From: Ignavibacteria bacterium
GTDB taxonomy: Bacteria > Bacteroidota > Ignavibacteria > UBA10030 > SZUA-254
Assembly (NCBI GenBank): GCA_016178595.1
Contig: JACOSY010000014.1
Coordinates: forward strand, 4,256-68,255
Direction of reading: 5' to 3'
Length of the DNA stretch: 64,000 nucleotides
Positions 1 to 9,995 of the stretch are shown in pieces; position 1 is the first letter of the stretch; each line of letters opens with the position of its first letter. The translations under genes were made by a program, and so were the position numbers. The notes under the pieces are model-generated. The model was not told the origin of the DNA. It did not search any database and saw nothing but the letters and a program-made list of their open reading frames with translations.

Positions 1-11
1 TGCTTGAGATT

Positions 12-791
12 CTATGAATGTATGTTGGTCGCAAGTTGAATCTTCATCCAGAAGTTGAGTGGCTCAGGGCGGCCTCCGAATCCACCAATTGGAGGCCCGC
101 CCATACCACGTCCCCGATAACCCCCGGGGCCTTCTCTGCTGCCGCCCCGTCGACTGCCGCCGGATGGCTGTTCGCCGCCTTCCTGACGGTGGACACTTTC
201 ACCGGTCTCAATCCCGATTCCGATCGTCTCTCCGGGTTGCGCTCCAACGCCGTAGAGATGTCCGCGATTATCCATGAGAGGAACTTTGAGTCTATACATC
301 AATGATCCGCCTTGATTGTCGATCGTGACGGTGACACCTTTTGTTTCGGAGAATGTCAGAAGATGATGCTCGTTCTCTCCGGGACCGAGGATTTCGAGAT
401 TTTGAGGTAACTGTTCCGGGAATATGAAAGAGGTATCGGGAGTACCTTCGGAGCGACGCGGACGTTCGCCCATAGAAACAATGTCTGTGCCCGTGGGATA
501 ACGGATCCCAAAACGTTTCTCGTTTCCACCGGCGTGATCAAACCAGACAGTGAGTCCACGGAAGAAGATTTGACGCAATGTCCTCCGGTCACCGGCAACG
601 AACGACAGGTAGACATACTCGTCGTCGTTCCCTATGTCGACGGCGAGGTTCTGATCCTTGATGTACTTTGCGCTGTCTTGCCACGACTCGGTATCGTTCG
701 TGTGCCATCGACTTGTCAGTTGTAACGATGACGAGCATCCGATGAAAATACAGGAAAGGATAACGAGACCGGATGCAATATTTTTCATCAA
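12..791 (-). CDS. Hypothetical lipoprotein with Gly/Arg-rich C-terminal tail
   Basis: 259-aa ORF. The N-terminal signal peptide has a lipobox (LSCIFIGCSS). The C-terminus is low complexity (GGSRRGGSREGPGGYRGRGMGG). No recognisable family. Confidence 0.5.
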   Translation of the reverse strand: MMKNIASGLVILSCIFIGCSSSLQLTSRWHTNDTESWQDSAKYIKDQNLAVDIGNDDEYVYLSFVAGDRRTLRQIFFRGLTVWFDHAGGNEKRFGIRYPTGTDIVSMGERPRRSEGTPDTSFIFPEQLPQNLEILGPGENEHHLLTFSETKGVTVTIDNQGGSLMYRLKVPLMDNRGHLYGVGAQPGETIGIGIETGESVHRQEGGEQPSGGSRRGGSREGPGGYRGRGMGGPPIGGFGGRPEPLNFWMKIQLATNIHS

Positions 792-1019
792 CTGCGCTCT
801 AAAAAATGGTGTGGAATGCCGATTTCACATTTGACAGCGTTGTTGGCGAGAAGTTTAAGAGAATGGAAGGTGTCGAGAAAATTATTCATATTTCATCAGA
901 CCCGGCAATGAGCAAAATGTCAATAAAATTCCTATCTTAAGCCATCCGCAGCTCTTGTTGTCAAAGAGCAGGTAGCCCGGATTCGGATTTTCATACAACA
1001 TTTCACGGAAGGAATATCC

Positions 1020-2165
1020 ATGAGCAGAAAGTTTCTCGTTCGTTCGTGCATTGCCACGAGTAGCATCCTCGTTTTCGCTACAATCATGATGAGCATAACG
1101 GGACGCAATCCATTGCACGCCCGCGTGCCCGACAAGACCGATGAACAAACCGTCGAGCAGGTGCGGAAGAATATCCAAGTACTCAAGGGGCTCCCCGCAT
1201 CGCAGCTCAACATGGTGATGGATTACGTGGCTACCTCGCTTGGCGTTCGCTGCCAGCACTGTCACGTCTCCGATTCGAGCGGCTGGCAATATGAGAAAGA
1301 CGATAAACAGACGAAGAACACTGCCCGGAAGATGATGCAGATGGTCATGGATTTGAACACAAAAAATTTTGGCGGACGAACTGCTGTGACTTGTTTTACC
1401 TGTCATCGCGGCTCGACGGAGCCTGCGAAAATAATTACTCTTCCACAACCTTCAGCGAAGCCAAGGCAAGAACAAACAACTGCGGTTCCTACATTTCCGA
1501 GTGTTGACCAGATACTCGGCATGTACGAGAAAGCCCTCGGAGGCACGGATGCGATGAAAAAGATTACTTCGCGTATGAGTAAAGGCGTCTCCGTCGATGA
1601 GCAGGGGAGAGAAGCACCGGTAGAGGTGGTACAACAAGCGCCAAATAAATATTCAGCTTCGGTCAGCGTGAGAGAGGGAATGCAGTTTACGCGCAGCTTC
1701 AATGGCACGAATGGATGGATGAATAGTCCGAGAGGCGCGCGTGAGATTCCGACGGATGAGCTTGACGGCTTTAGGCGCATTGCGCCACTCTTTCCGATCT
1801 CGAGAATCAGAGAACTCTCGAAGACCATGCAAGTCAGTCAGATCGACGCCGTAAACGGAGCAAGAGCGTACGTCCTCGCAGCACCGGTTAGTGAGAACAC
1901 GACCGAGCGCTACTATATCGACAGCGCGAGCGGTCTTCTTCTTCGCGGAGTCGTCGTAACGCAAACCATGATTGGCGACATTCCTGAACAGATCGATTAC
2001 AGCAATTACCGAGCTGTTGACGGTGCCATGATACCGTTTACTGTTCGGACGGCAGCCGTCGATCCGCGGGACGGTTCTACATATAAATTTACATCCGTCG
2101 AACAGAACGTCCCGATCGATGAGAAAAAATTCATGATGCTGGAAATGAAACAACGGCGAAGATAA
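1020..2165 (+). CDS. c-type dihaem cytochrome, photosynthetic-reaction-centre cytochrome c subunit-like family, with ~200-aa C-terminal extension
   Basis: Signal peptide. Two CxxCH haem motifs (CQHCH, CFTCH) in the spacing typical of the RC-cytochrome-c-like family found in non-phototrophic Acidobacteria/Gemmatimonadetes. RBS GGAAGG lies upstream of the ATG. Confidence 0.7.
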   Translation: MSRKFLVRSCIATSSILVFATIMMSITGRNPLHARVPDKTDEQTVEQVRKNIQVLKGLPASQLNMVMDYVATSLGVRCQHCHVSDSSGWQYEKDDKQTKNTARKMMQMVMDLNTKNFGGRTAVTCFTCHRGSTEPAKIITLPQPSAKPRQEQTTAVPTFPSVDQILGMYEKALGGTDAMKKITSRMSKGVSVDEQGREAPVEVVQQAPNKYSASVSVREGMQFTRSFNGTNGWMNSPRGAREIPTDELDGFRRIAPLFPISRIRELSKTMQVSQIDAVNGARAYVLAAPVSENTTERYYIDSASGLLLRGVVVTQTMIGDIPEQIDYSNYRAVDGAMIPFTVRTAAVDPRDGSTYKFTSVEQNVPIDEKKFMMLEMKQRRR

Positions 2166-2195
2166 ATTGTTCCCCGTCGCAAGACGTGCGATACC

Positions 2196-2232
2196 TCGCG
2201 AGCACAAAAGGCAGGCGATGAACCTGCCTTTT
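2196..2232 (+). terminator. Rho-independent terminator after the cytochrome gene
   Basis: Hairpin aggcagg-cgatgaa-cctgcct followed by a TTTTTTT run. Confidence 0.6.
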
Positions 2233-2249
2233 TTTATAAGGCGGCCTGA

Positions 2250-3128
2250 ATGAGAGAAAAGAAAATCGCTTTTGTCACGTCCATCGATTATCCCGAGTTG
2301 ACTGATGATGATCGAATAGCGTCGCAAGCTCTTCGATCCGAGGGTGTGCGCATTGTGCCGGTGGTGTGGAATGAACCTTCAACGGAGTGGGCAGAGTTCG
2401 ATGTGGTCGTCGTTCGTTCCTGCTGGGACTATCATCGCGCTCCCGATGCTTTTCGATCGTGGATCGATTCGATGGAAGAACACGACGTTCGCATCTGGAA
2501 TCCGCCCAATATTCTCCGATGGAACATGGAGAAGACGTATCTTTGCGACATCGAGAAAAGAGGCATTGCCATTCCACGAACGATTTTCCTGAACGATACG
2601 GATTCATTCGACGCACGCTCGATAATAGATCGCATTGGAACAAGCGATGTTGTCATTAAGCCGGCGATCTCTGCCTCGGCGTGGAGGACATGGAGATGCT
2701 CGCTGATCAACTTTTCCTCAGATGACAGAAATCGGCTGGACGAACTCAGTAGACAATCAAACATTATGGTGCAGGAATTCATGCCGGAGATTATCAAGGA
2801 CGGGGAGTGGTCGTTTATTTTTTTCGGCGATCGCTTCAGCCATGCAGTGCGAAAATATCCCGGCTCGAAAGACTTCCGCGTTCAGAAGGAACATGGGGGG
2901 AGGTATCATCCTATTCAGAATCTTCCCGTACCCCTCGTGCAAGAAGCGGAGAAAATCATTACAACGATTGAGGAGCCTATTCTGTACGCCAGGGTCGACG
3001 GTATCGAGCGCGAGGGGAAATTGATCCTCATGGAGCTTGAGCTTATCGAGCCGCAGCTTTTCTTCGACTCTCACCCGGATGCAGTAAAGCGCTTCATGGA
3101 ACAATTGCGTTTGCTTGCATTCGGGTAA
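2250..3128 (+). CDS. ATP-grasp family ligase (RimK/GshB-like)
   Basis: 292 aa. Pre-ATP-grasp N-domain followed by an ATP-grasp fold; motifs resemble the RimK/glutathione-synthetase-like group. The antisense ORF 2757-3875 is rejected. Confidence 0.55.
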   Translation: MREKKIAFVTSIDYPELTDDDRIASQALRSEGVRIVPVVWNEPSTEWAEFDVVVVRSCWDYHRAPDAFRSWIDSMEEHDVRIWNPPNILRWNMEKTYLCDIEKRGIAIPRTIFLNDTDSFDARSIIDRIGTSDVVIKPAISASAWRTWRCSLINFSSDDRNRLDELSRQSNIMVQEFMPEIIKDGEWSFIFFGDRFSHAVRKYPGSKDFRVQKEHGGRYHPIQNLPVPLVQEAEKIITTIEEPILYARVDGIEREGKLILMELELIEPQLFFDSHPDAVKRFMEQLRLLAFG

Positions 3129-3294
3129 CGTAAGAATATTGATTGACGCCGCTTGATGAGTTTCGCCTTCAGTCACCATTGCCTGTCGGATGATTCCAGT
3201 TGTTAACCGTTGCCTACATATCTCCGTCTTCCTTATGTAATCCCAATTGTTCCCGTTACTGCCGAGATATTCATTTTCAGAAAGGATTGTCCCA

Positions 3295-3791
3295 TGGATC
3301 AAATTCATGGAGAAACCAACATGTTTCTTGCACTCGTCGCTCTTGGCGGCTGGGTGCTGTGGCTCATCTTTCGGAGACAACAGGTACACGTCCAGGCGCG
3401 GATGAAGCGTACCGAGGTGTTCGATCACCTGATCGAAAAGTTCAGCACGAGCCAGGAGTTTATCGAATTCCTCAAGACCGATCAGGGGAAAAAGTTCGTC
3501 GAAGACCCGCTCCTCCTGCCGCAGTCCAATCCCTCGCGTGCGGTGTTGCGGTTCGTACAAGTGGGGATCGTGTTTGCGGCGATCAGCGTGGCGTTCCTGC
3601 TCAACTGGCTCAACATCAATCATTACGTCCAGACGGCGACAAACCCGGATATAAACGAGATACGGAAGGTGATGGATTATTACTACTGGGCGATGCTCTC
3701 GTTGACTCTTGCCGGCGGGATGTTCCTGATCGCAGCGGTGACGCGATTCCTGGCAAAGCGCTGGAACCTGAACGGTTCGCATGGTCGCTGA
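3295..3791 (+). CDS. Hypothetical 3-TM membrane protein immediately upstream of the ECF sigma factor
   Basis: Start chosen at the internal ATG with RBS (AAAGGA-N6-ATG). Three hydrophobic segments. Lies 18 nt upstream of the sigma gene. Confidence 0.5.
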
Positions 3792-3809
3792 GAAGGCTGC
3801 ATCCGGTAG

Positions 3810-4328
3810 ATGATGGAACAGCCTTTCGGTATGGATGAAGCGGCATTCCGCGCGTTCTATGAGGGCACGAGGCAATCGCTCTGGTCGTACATCATCCGCT
3901 CGCTCCGAGACACTACACGGGCAGATGATGTCTTTCAGGAATCGTACGTACGGTTCATCCAGAGTAGCGCGGGAACGTTGGAGCCGGCGCAGCAGCGTGC
4001 GTACTTATTCCGAACCGCATCGAACCTGCTGGTGGATCTTTACAGAAAACAGAAACGGCTGCAACCGATGAGCGCTGAGGCCGAACAGATGCACACCGAC
4101 AGCTACGACCGATCGAGCCATGCGATGGACGTGCGGCATGACGTAGGGAAGGCGTTCGATCAACTCACATCGCAGGAACGTTCACTCCTCTGGCTTGCGT
4201 ATGTCGAGGAGTATCCGCATAGAGAGATTGCCGGGATGCTGAAGGTAAAGGAGAAAAGTGTTAAGGTGTTGTTGTTTCGGGCGAAACGTCATCTGCTGCA
4301 GATTGCAGAGAACATAGGATTACGCTGA
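3810..4328 (+). CDS. RNA polymerase sigma-70 ECF-family sigma factor
   Basis: Region 2 (FQESYVRF) and region 4 HTH (YPHREIAGMLKVKEKSVKVLLFRAKRHL) are recognisable. Confidence 0.85.
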   Translation: MMEQPFGMDEAAFRAFYEGTRQSLWSYIIRSLRDTTRADDVFQESYVRFIQSSAGTLEPAQQRAYLFRTASNLLVDLYRKQKRLQPMSAEAEQMHTDSYDRSSHAMDVRHDVGKAFDQLTSQERSLLWLAYVEEYPHREIAGMLKVKEKSVKVLLFRAKRHLLQIAENIGLR

Positions 4329-4336
4329 AAGGAGAA

Positions 4337-4804
4337 ATGGTTATGAAAGAGTATTGTTCACGCGAGCCGGAAGTCGTTCGTGCACTAAAGGAGGATGCAT
4401 GGAACGAGGGGCTGCGAAGGCATACAGAGGATTGTACAGTGTGCAGCACGACCGCTGGAATCATGCCGATGATGAAGCAACTTGCTACTGATACATTGCG
4501 TGTAAGCCGCGCACTTCCGAGCTACCAATTGCTCTGGATACGCGCGCAATTTGTGAGACGGCAGGAGAAACTGTCGCTGCTCGACCTTGTTGCATTCATC
4601 GGTGCACTCGTGATCGGATTGACGGGGCTTCTCGGTGTGCTCATCTGGAAAGTGCCCGGAGTGTTCCAGTCAGTTTTCGGCTTCAAAGGACCGCAGCCGT
4701 CGGCGTGGACTGATTTGATACCCGTCGGTCTTCCGATGTTGATAGTGGTCGGTGGACTGTTACTCTACCTTGCTCTCTCGGATGTGTTTGTCGCAGAGCG
4801 ATGA
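4337..4804 (+). CDS. Anti-sigma factor, zinc-finger (ZAS-like) with one TM segment
   Basis: HxxxCxxC motif (HTEDCTVC) near the N-terminus followed by a hydrophobic TM. Lies directly after the ECF sigma gene. Confidence 0.65.
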   Translation: MVMKEYCSREPEVVRALKEDAWNEGLRRHTEDCTVCSTTAGIMPMMKQLATDTLRVSRALPSYQLLWIRAQFVRRQEKLSLLDLVAFIGALVIGLTGLLGVLIWKVPGVFQSVFGFKGPQPSAWTDLIPVGLPMLIVVGGLLLYLALSDVFVAER

Positions 4805-4993
4805 TGCAAGGGAAGTAAGAATTGCAAGAAGGAGGAGGGGAGGAGCGGTGAATGTGACAAGAAAATTATGTACGCTACAGTCGATTATTGACTGGTTGTC
4901 ATCATATACAAGAAGGAAGGAACCATGAGCAAATCCGAAATCATTCCAATGCATCCTTTATGAAGCATCGATAGATGGGGCTTAGCTCTCAAC

Positions 4994-5030
4994 AAAAAAA
5001 CCCCCTCTCCCGATTTTCATCGGGAGCAGG
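4994..5030 (-). terminator. Rho-independent terminator downstream of cspA (minus strand)
   Basis: On the minus strand: ctcccgat-gaaa-atcgggag hairpin followed by a T run. Confidence 0.6.
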
Positions 5031-5055
5031 GTTTGTGTTACGAATGATCTCTCGC

Positions 5056-5256
5056 TCAGGCGAGGGAGACGTTCGTCGCTTGAAGCCCCTTGGGGCCGGT
5101 CTCGACGTCGAACTGCACTGCATCACCCTCGTTCAGGTTTTTGTACCCGTCGCCGGTGATCGCTTTGAAGTGCACAAACACATCTTCGCCGCCGCTGCGT
5201 GAAATGAAGCCGTAACCTTTGGCCCCATTGAACCATTTTACTGTTCCTTTTTCCAT
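5056..5256 (-). CDS. cspA: Cold-shock protein CspA family
   Basis: 66 aa, [18 protein letters not shown]...; RNP1/RNP2 motifs of the cold-shock domain. Start refined to the internal ATG at 5256. Confidence 0.9.
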   Translation of the reverse strand: MEKGTVKWFNGAKGYGFISRSGGEDVFVHFKAITGDGYKNLNEGDAVQFDVETGPKGLQATNVSLA

Positions 5257-5598
5257 GGAACACATTCCTTTATATTTTGTAACCACCCGACTCAACCGTC
5301 GGGCAAGGTGTACGCCGAACATACGAACTCTTAAGCTATTCTTGAATGATGGCGTTACAGACCTTGGAAGGAATCGTACGGTTCATCAGCAGGAATCTAA
5401 AAGCGTGCTTTATTTGCAGGAATCTGCGGGTAAAGCTCTCCAGAAGGAGAATAGACGGTGTACTGTTATTTGTTAAAATTAAGATACATATATTCCATAT
5501 CAATTCCTAATTGAGTAAGCACTGGTTATTAATATCATGCAATGTCGCTTATCGCAATAAACCTTTCATATCTTTTCCGTATACTTCAGTAATACTGT

Positions 5599-5982
5599 AT
5601 GACTCTTCCACGACGCATATTCTTCGTCCTTCTCGGCTTCAGCTTGCTGCTTGGCCAGTTACCGTATCGATCCCTCTATTGCGGGATGATGAAGAGATCG
5701 ATCGACACGCAGATGATGCAGTGCTGTATGAAGCATCGAGCCGTAGAAGAACGGGAGCTGGTACATCGTTTTACATCCGCAGGAATGATGCAGGTACATG
5801 CCAAGCCAACACTCGGCGACTTCGACCGCTATCGCTCGGAGAATACATTTTCATCTCATATTTTCTTCACGGATTGTTTCGCGGCAGTTGATCCGATGTT
5901 GCTCATCGAGCAACCGGTAACACAGGATGCCGAACACTTGCCACCCGATCTGACCATCCTCAACCTCAATCTCAGGATTTAA
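5599..5982 (+). CDS. Hypothetical small secreted Cys/Met-rich protein (doubtful)
   Basis: Signal-peptide-like N-terminus. No homolog recognised. Sits in an otherwise gene-free AT-rich region divergent from cspA. Confidence 0.2.
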   Translation: MTLPRRIFFVLLGFSLLLGQLPYRSLYCGMMKRSIDTQMMQCCMKHRAVEERELVHRFTSAGMMQVHAKPTLGDFDRYRSENTFSSHIFFTDCFAAVDPMLLIEQPVTQDAEHLPPDLTILNLNLRI

Positions 5983-6068
5983 GATTTCCTTTGCTGTGAC
6001 GTTGTATGATCTCCTGCCGAGATTCGGCGGGAGCTGCAAATATTATTTCACACAGAAAGGAACATACA

Positions 6069-6803
6069 ATGAAAGCATTCAGTGTAATCCTCGTTCTCGC
6101 GACGATGTTTCTCTCATCGTGCAGCGTTCAGAACCCGAAAGAGTTATTCAATAACCCCAAGTCACGGGATGCCGTCTTTGCCGCCATTCTCGACGACCAT
6201 GAATTGATGATGGAATTTCTCCAGCAAGCCCGCGGGAACGATCATGCAACAATGATGATCTCACATTTCATGGGCAACGAGTCATCAACGGATCATGCGA
6301 ATTGTCCGATGATGAAAGAGACGCAAGCCGATGCAGCGAAGAGCCCGTATATCGGTGAAGAGAGTCGGGCAGTCAAATCGCTCTCATCCGACGACATCCG
6401 GAAGTATCGGGATGGAGAAGGGATGGGGCAGGCGAAGGTTGCCGAGCTCAATCACTACCCCGGACCGAAGCACGTCCTCCAGGTTGCATCGGGGATCGGC
6501 CTGTCCAAGGAACAGCAAACCAAAGCACAAAGCCTCTACGATGCGATGCATGAAAAGGCGGTTCGTCTCGGCAATCTAATCCTTGAGAGGGAAGAGCAGC
6601 TCGATCATTCGTTCGCTGACGGCACGATCGACCGGTCGAAGCTTGCCGGCGCGCTGCAGGGATTGGGACAACTTCAGGGTGAGCTCCGGCTTGCACACGT
6701 TGAGGCGCACCTCGGGATGAAGAACCTTCTCACCAAAGAGCAAATCCAAAAGTATGATGAGATGAGGGGATATCAGAACAGTGGCGGGAGCCATCAACAC
6801 TAA
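6069..6803 (+). CDS. Periplasmic lipoprotein with LTXXQ motifs (Spy/CpxP-like)
   Basis: Start moved to the ATG with RBS GAAAGGAAC. Lipobox LSSCS. C-terminal helical region with LSKEQ/LTKEQ (LTXXQ) motifs. Confidence 0.55.
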   Translation: MKAFSVILVLATMFLSSCSVQNPKELFNNPKSRDAVFAAILDDHELMMEFLQQARGNDHATMMISHFMGNESSTDHANCPMMKETQADAAKSPYIGEESRAVKSLSSDDIRKYRDGEGMGQAKVAELNHYPGPKHVLQVASGIGLSKEQQTKAQSLYDAMHEKAVRLGNLILEREEQLDHSFADGTIDRSKLAGALQGLGQLQGELRLAHVEAHLGMKNLLTKEQIQKYDEMRGYQNSGGSHQH

Positions 6804-6892
6804 GCTCCAGACGATGAACAAGAAGGGCCTACCTGTTCCGGGGTAGGCTTTCCTTGCATAGAGAAGCACATTATCACTATCATCGTATCTTA

Positions 6893-7309
6893 TTATGAAA
6901 AGACTCTCAACGACGTTCCCGACAGTGTCGTATTGTACTTCTTCAATGGGCTGCTTGCCGGTCCATTGATGACGGTTCCATCGGTTGCGAAGTTGGAACC
7001 ATGCAGCGGACAATGAAAGCGATTGTTGGAGAGATCATACTGTACTGTGGTTCCCTGGTGCGTACATGCCATACTCACTGCGATATACGCCCCGCTTCCA
7101 GTACGTGCAACAATAACGCCGTTCTTGTAGAGATATCCACCGTTCGATTGCAGGGAACTATTGGCAGGATCCGACAAGTCGAGTGTAAAATCGACATTTG
7201 TTGGAGCATTGACCACTGCATCTTCCTGCTTGCATCCATCCATGCATGTGCCACAGACGATTGCTGCCGTTCCAATCCCGAGTATCGATAAGAATTCTTT
7301 TCTATCCAT
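6893..7309 (-). CDS. Rieske [2Fe-2S] domain protein with Tat/lipoprotein-like signal
   Basis: CTHQG...CPLHGS Rieske cluster-binding boxes. N-terminal RKEFL twin-arginine-like signal. Confidence 0.8.
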   Translation of the reverse strand: MDRKEFLSILGIGTAAIVCGTCMDGCKQEDAVVNAPTNVDFTLDLSDPANSSLQSNGGYLYKNGVIVARTGSGAYIAVSMACTHQGTTVQYDLSNNRFHCPLHGSNFATDGTVINGPASSPLKKYNTTLSGTSLRVFS

Positions 7310-7515
7310 TATCAGAATCTAATATTGTAGGTTTTTAGTGTGCCATATCGAGTTAGAATATAGTATAGCGAATAGGTTTAATTTTTCAAAAACTGATTTT
7401 CTTTCGCCATCATTCTCTTCACGGCTATCGCCGCCGCCGGTTTCCTTTCCTTCAAAAATATTCCTATCTTTCTACCGATTCGATCTTCTTTCAGTGATAT
7501 TATTGGAGAAACTTC

Positions 7516-8871
7516 ATGCGAACATTATTCCGCCATTTCGTGCTTGTTGTGTTATTGAATGCAGCATGGTACATGACGGCTGTGTCGAAGCAACATGCTG
7601 CCACAGCCGATTCGGTGAAAGAGGAGTTCCAACACGCCTGGAGCTCCTACAAACAATACGCATGGGGACACGACGCGCTCAAACCATTGAGCAAGCAACC
7701 CCACGATTGGTACGGCACGTCGCTGTACATGACGCCCGTCGATGCGTACGATGTGATGTTGCTGATGGGACTTACGAAGGAAGCCGCCGAGGCAAAGCAG
7801 CTCATCCTCGACAGTCTTTCGTTCAACAAGGACATCGAAATTCAAAGTTTCGAGATTACCATCCGTCATTTGGGTGGATTGCTCGCCGCGTATCAGATGG
7901 ATGGCAACAAACGTTTCCTTGCCCTCGCCGAGGATCTCGGGAAACGACTTCTGCCGGTCTACAATTCTCATACAGGGATGCCGTATCGGTTCGTTCATCT
8001 GCAAACTGGAATGATACGCGACTCGATCAATAATCCTGCCGAGATCGGCACGGCGCTTCTCGAATTCGGAACGTTGAGCAAACTTACCGGCAATTCAATC
8101 TATTACGAGAAGGCAAAGAGCGCGCTCGTTCAATTATACAACCATCGCTCGAAGATAGGTCTTGTCGGTACCTGGATCAACGTCGAGACCGGAGAGTGGG
8201 TCGACAGCACAAGCCACATCGGTGGGGCGATAGATTCTTATTATGAATATCTTTTGAAAGCGTGGCTCTTGTTCGGTGATAAAGAGTGTAAGGCGATGTG
8301 GGATGAGAGCATCAAAGCGATTGAGACCTATCTTGCCGATACGACACATGGCGGGTTGTGGTATGGTCAAGTCGATATGAATACTGGAAAACGTACGGGC
8401 ACGACGTTCGGATCGCTTGAAGCGTTCTTCCCGGCAGTGCTATGTCTTGTAGGAGACACATCGAGAGCCGCTGTGCTTGAGGAGTCGTGTTTGAAAATGT
8501 GGAATCTCTACGGGATAGAACCCGAGGAAATAAACTACGCAACGATGAAAGTGACAGCGAAACAATATCATTTGAGACCGGAGATCATCGAGTCTGCGTA
8601 TTATCTGTATCGTTCTACCGGCGACCCGAAGTATTTGCGGATGGGGGAGACATTCTTTAATGGAATCGTCAAGTATTGCAGGGCGGATGCAGGGTATGCA
8701 TCGCTACGGGACGTCACGACCAAAGAGAAAGACGACGCCATGCAGAGCTTCTTTTTTGCAGAGACGATGAAATATCTCTATTTACTCTTTGCGCCGAAGG
8801 AAACATTGCCGTTCGAGAAGGTTATTTTCACAACGGAAGCTCATCCGATTTGGAAGACTCACAAGGAATGA
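7516..8871 (+). CDS. Glycoside hydrolase family 47 (class I alpha-1,2-mannosidase)
   Basis: 451 aa. Signal peptide and GH47 hallmark motifs (IRHLGGLL, DSYYEYLLKAW, EAFF). Full-length (alpha/alpha)7 barrel. Confidence 0.8.
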   Translation: MRTLFRHFVLVVLLNAAWYMTAVSKQHAATADSVKEEFQHAWSSYKQYAWGHDALKPLSKQPHDWYGTSLYMTPVDAYDVMLLMGLTKEAAEAKQLILDSLSFNKDIEIQSFEITIRHLGGLLAAYQMDGNKRFLALAEDLGKRLLPVYNSHTGMPYRFVHLQTGMIRDSINNPAEIGTALLEFGTLSKLTGNSIYYEKAKSALVQLYNHRSKIGLVGTWINVETGEWVDSTSHIGGAIDSYYEYLLKAWLLFGDKECKAMWDESIKAIETYLADTTHGGLWYGQVDMNTGKRTGTTFGSLEAFFPAVLCLVGDTSRAAVLEESCLKMWNLYGIEPEEINYATMKVTAKQYHLRPEIIESAYYLYRSTGDPKYLRMGETFFNGIVKYCRADAGYASLRDVTTKEKDDAMQSFFFAETMKYLYLLFAPKETLPFEKVIFTTEAHPIWKTHKE

Positions 8872-9053
8872 TCCGGATGGAGTTGGTGACACACCTTGAT
8901 GAGAATCTTGAGTGGCCGGACATTACTTTGTTGCTGGTGGTGTTGATTTCGTTGCCTCCGATTATTGTGCCCCATTGAAATGAAGCGAGCGTTGCAGAAC
9001 AATGCTCGGTACATCACAATAGTGCAGACAATCTCGGACTTGATCTGACAAAA

Positions 9054-9746
9054 ATGCCCCCACTCCTTCTTCTCCATGGCGCTCTCGGCTCGAAAGAGCA
9101 GTTCGATCCGCTTCTTCAACTCCTTTCAGATAATCTTCCTGTTCATTCATTGAACTTCACGGGCCACGGCAGCGTACCGCTCACCGATGAGCCGTTTTGC
9201 ATCGAGCTCTTTTGCACGGACGTGCTGGAATGGATGGATCGAGAGAAAATCGACTGCGCCGACATCTTCGGCTACAGTATGGGAGGCTGCGTCGGTCTTT
9301 TCCTCGCCCGGCACCATCCAACAAGGGTCAACAGGATCATGACCCTTGCGACAAAATTCCAGTGGGACGCAATCACCGCACAACGTGAAGCTGCACGCCT
9401 CGAACTGAAAGTAATCGAATCGAAGCTGCCTGCGTTTGCGCAACAACTCGCCCAACGCCACTCCGAGCAGAACTGGCGGGGGGTGGTTGAACGCACCGCC
9501 GCGATGATGCTGGCACTTGGAGAAAAGCCGACGCTCACGGAGCAAGACCTCTGCAGTATTCAGCACACCGTTCTCGTCAGCGTCGGCGACCGAGATACGA
9601 TGGTCGGAATCGAGGAAACGGCGGCAGCGTACCGCTCACTACCAAACGCGCAACTCCTTATCCTGCCCGGTACGCCGCATCCGCTTGAGCGTGTAGAACC
9701 AAAGCGGCTCGCGCGGGAAATCAAAGCATTCTTTTCAGTTGATTGA
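9054..9746 (+). CDS. Alpha/beta-hydrolase fold protein
   Basis: HGALGS oxyanion region. GYSMGG nucleophile elbow. Confidence 0.75.
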   Translation: MPPLLLLHGALGSKEQFDPLLQLLSDNLPVHSLNFTGHGSVPLTDEPFCIELFCTDVLEWMDREKIDCADIFGYSMGGCVGLFLARHHPTRVNRIMTLATKFQWDAITAQREAARLELKVIESKLPAFAQQLAQRHSEQNWRGVVERTAAMMLALGEKPTLTEQDLCSIQHTVLVSVGDRDTMVGIEETAAAYRSLPNAQLLILPGTPHPLERVEPKRLAREIKAFFSVD

Positions 9747-9995
9747 CATTGTCTCGACGAATCTCTACCTTGAAACGTCTTCTAACGGTGGATATTGTGC
9801 GATCAGAATAACCGGAAGTTTTTACACAGCTAATTCTTAAAAAAACTGAACTTGTACGACGTTCGACGTCTCTGTCGTATACTCCCGACGATCATGCCAG
9901 GCAAGATACGTAGATCACTCAGGGATATTTTTCAGCGAGAGACGACAAATCAATAAGAAGCCGTTACCGGTTCACGGAACCAAGAGGTGCCGCCG

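Noticed and set aside
1653-2327. 224-aa minus-strand ORF
   Set aside because: Antisense to the cytochrome c gene, which has clear haem motifs and a signal peptide.
2757-3875. 372-aa minus-strand ORF spanning the ATP-grasp, membrane protein and sigma factor genes
   Set aside because: It is antisense to three well-supported plus-strand genes, has Arg/His-rich low-complexity translation and no motifs. This is a typical high-GC shadow ORF.
5257-5520. AT-rich region upstream of cspA as a mobile element
   Set aside because: It is more likely the long 5' UTR and promoter typical of cold-shock genes. There are no terminal repeats or transposase.
7338-8033. 231-aa plus-strand ORF overlapping the GH47 start region
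   Set aside because: It is out of frame with, and overlaps, the convincing GH47 gene and has poor composition.
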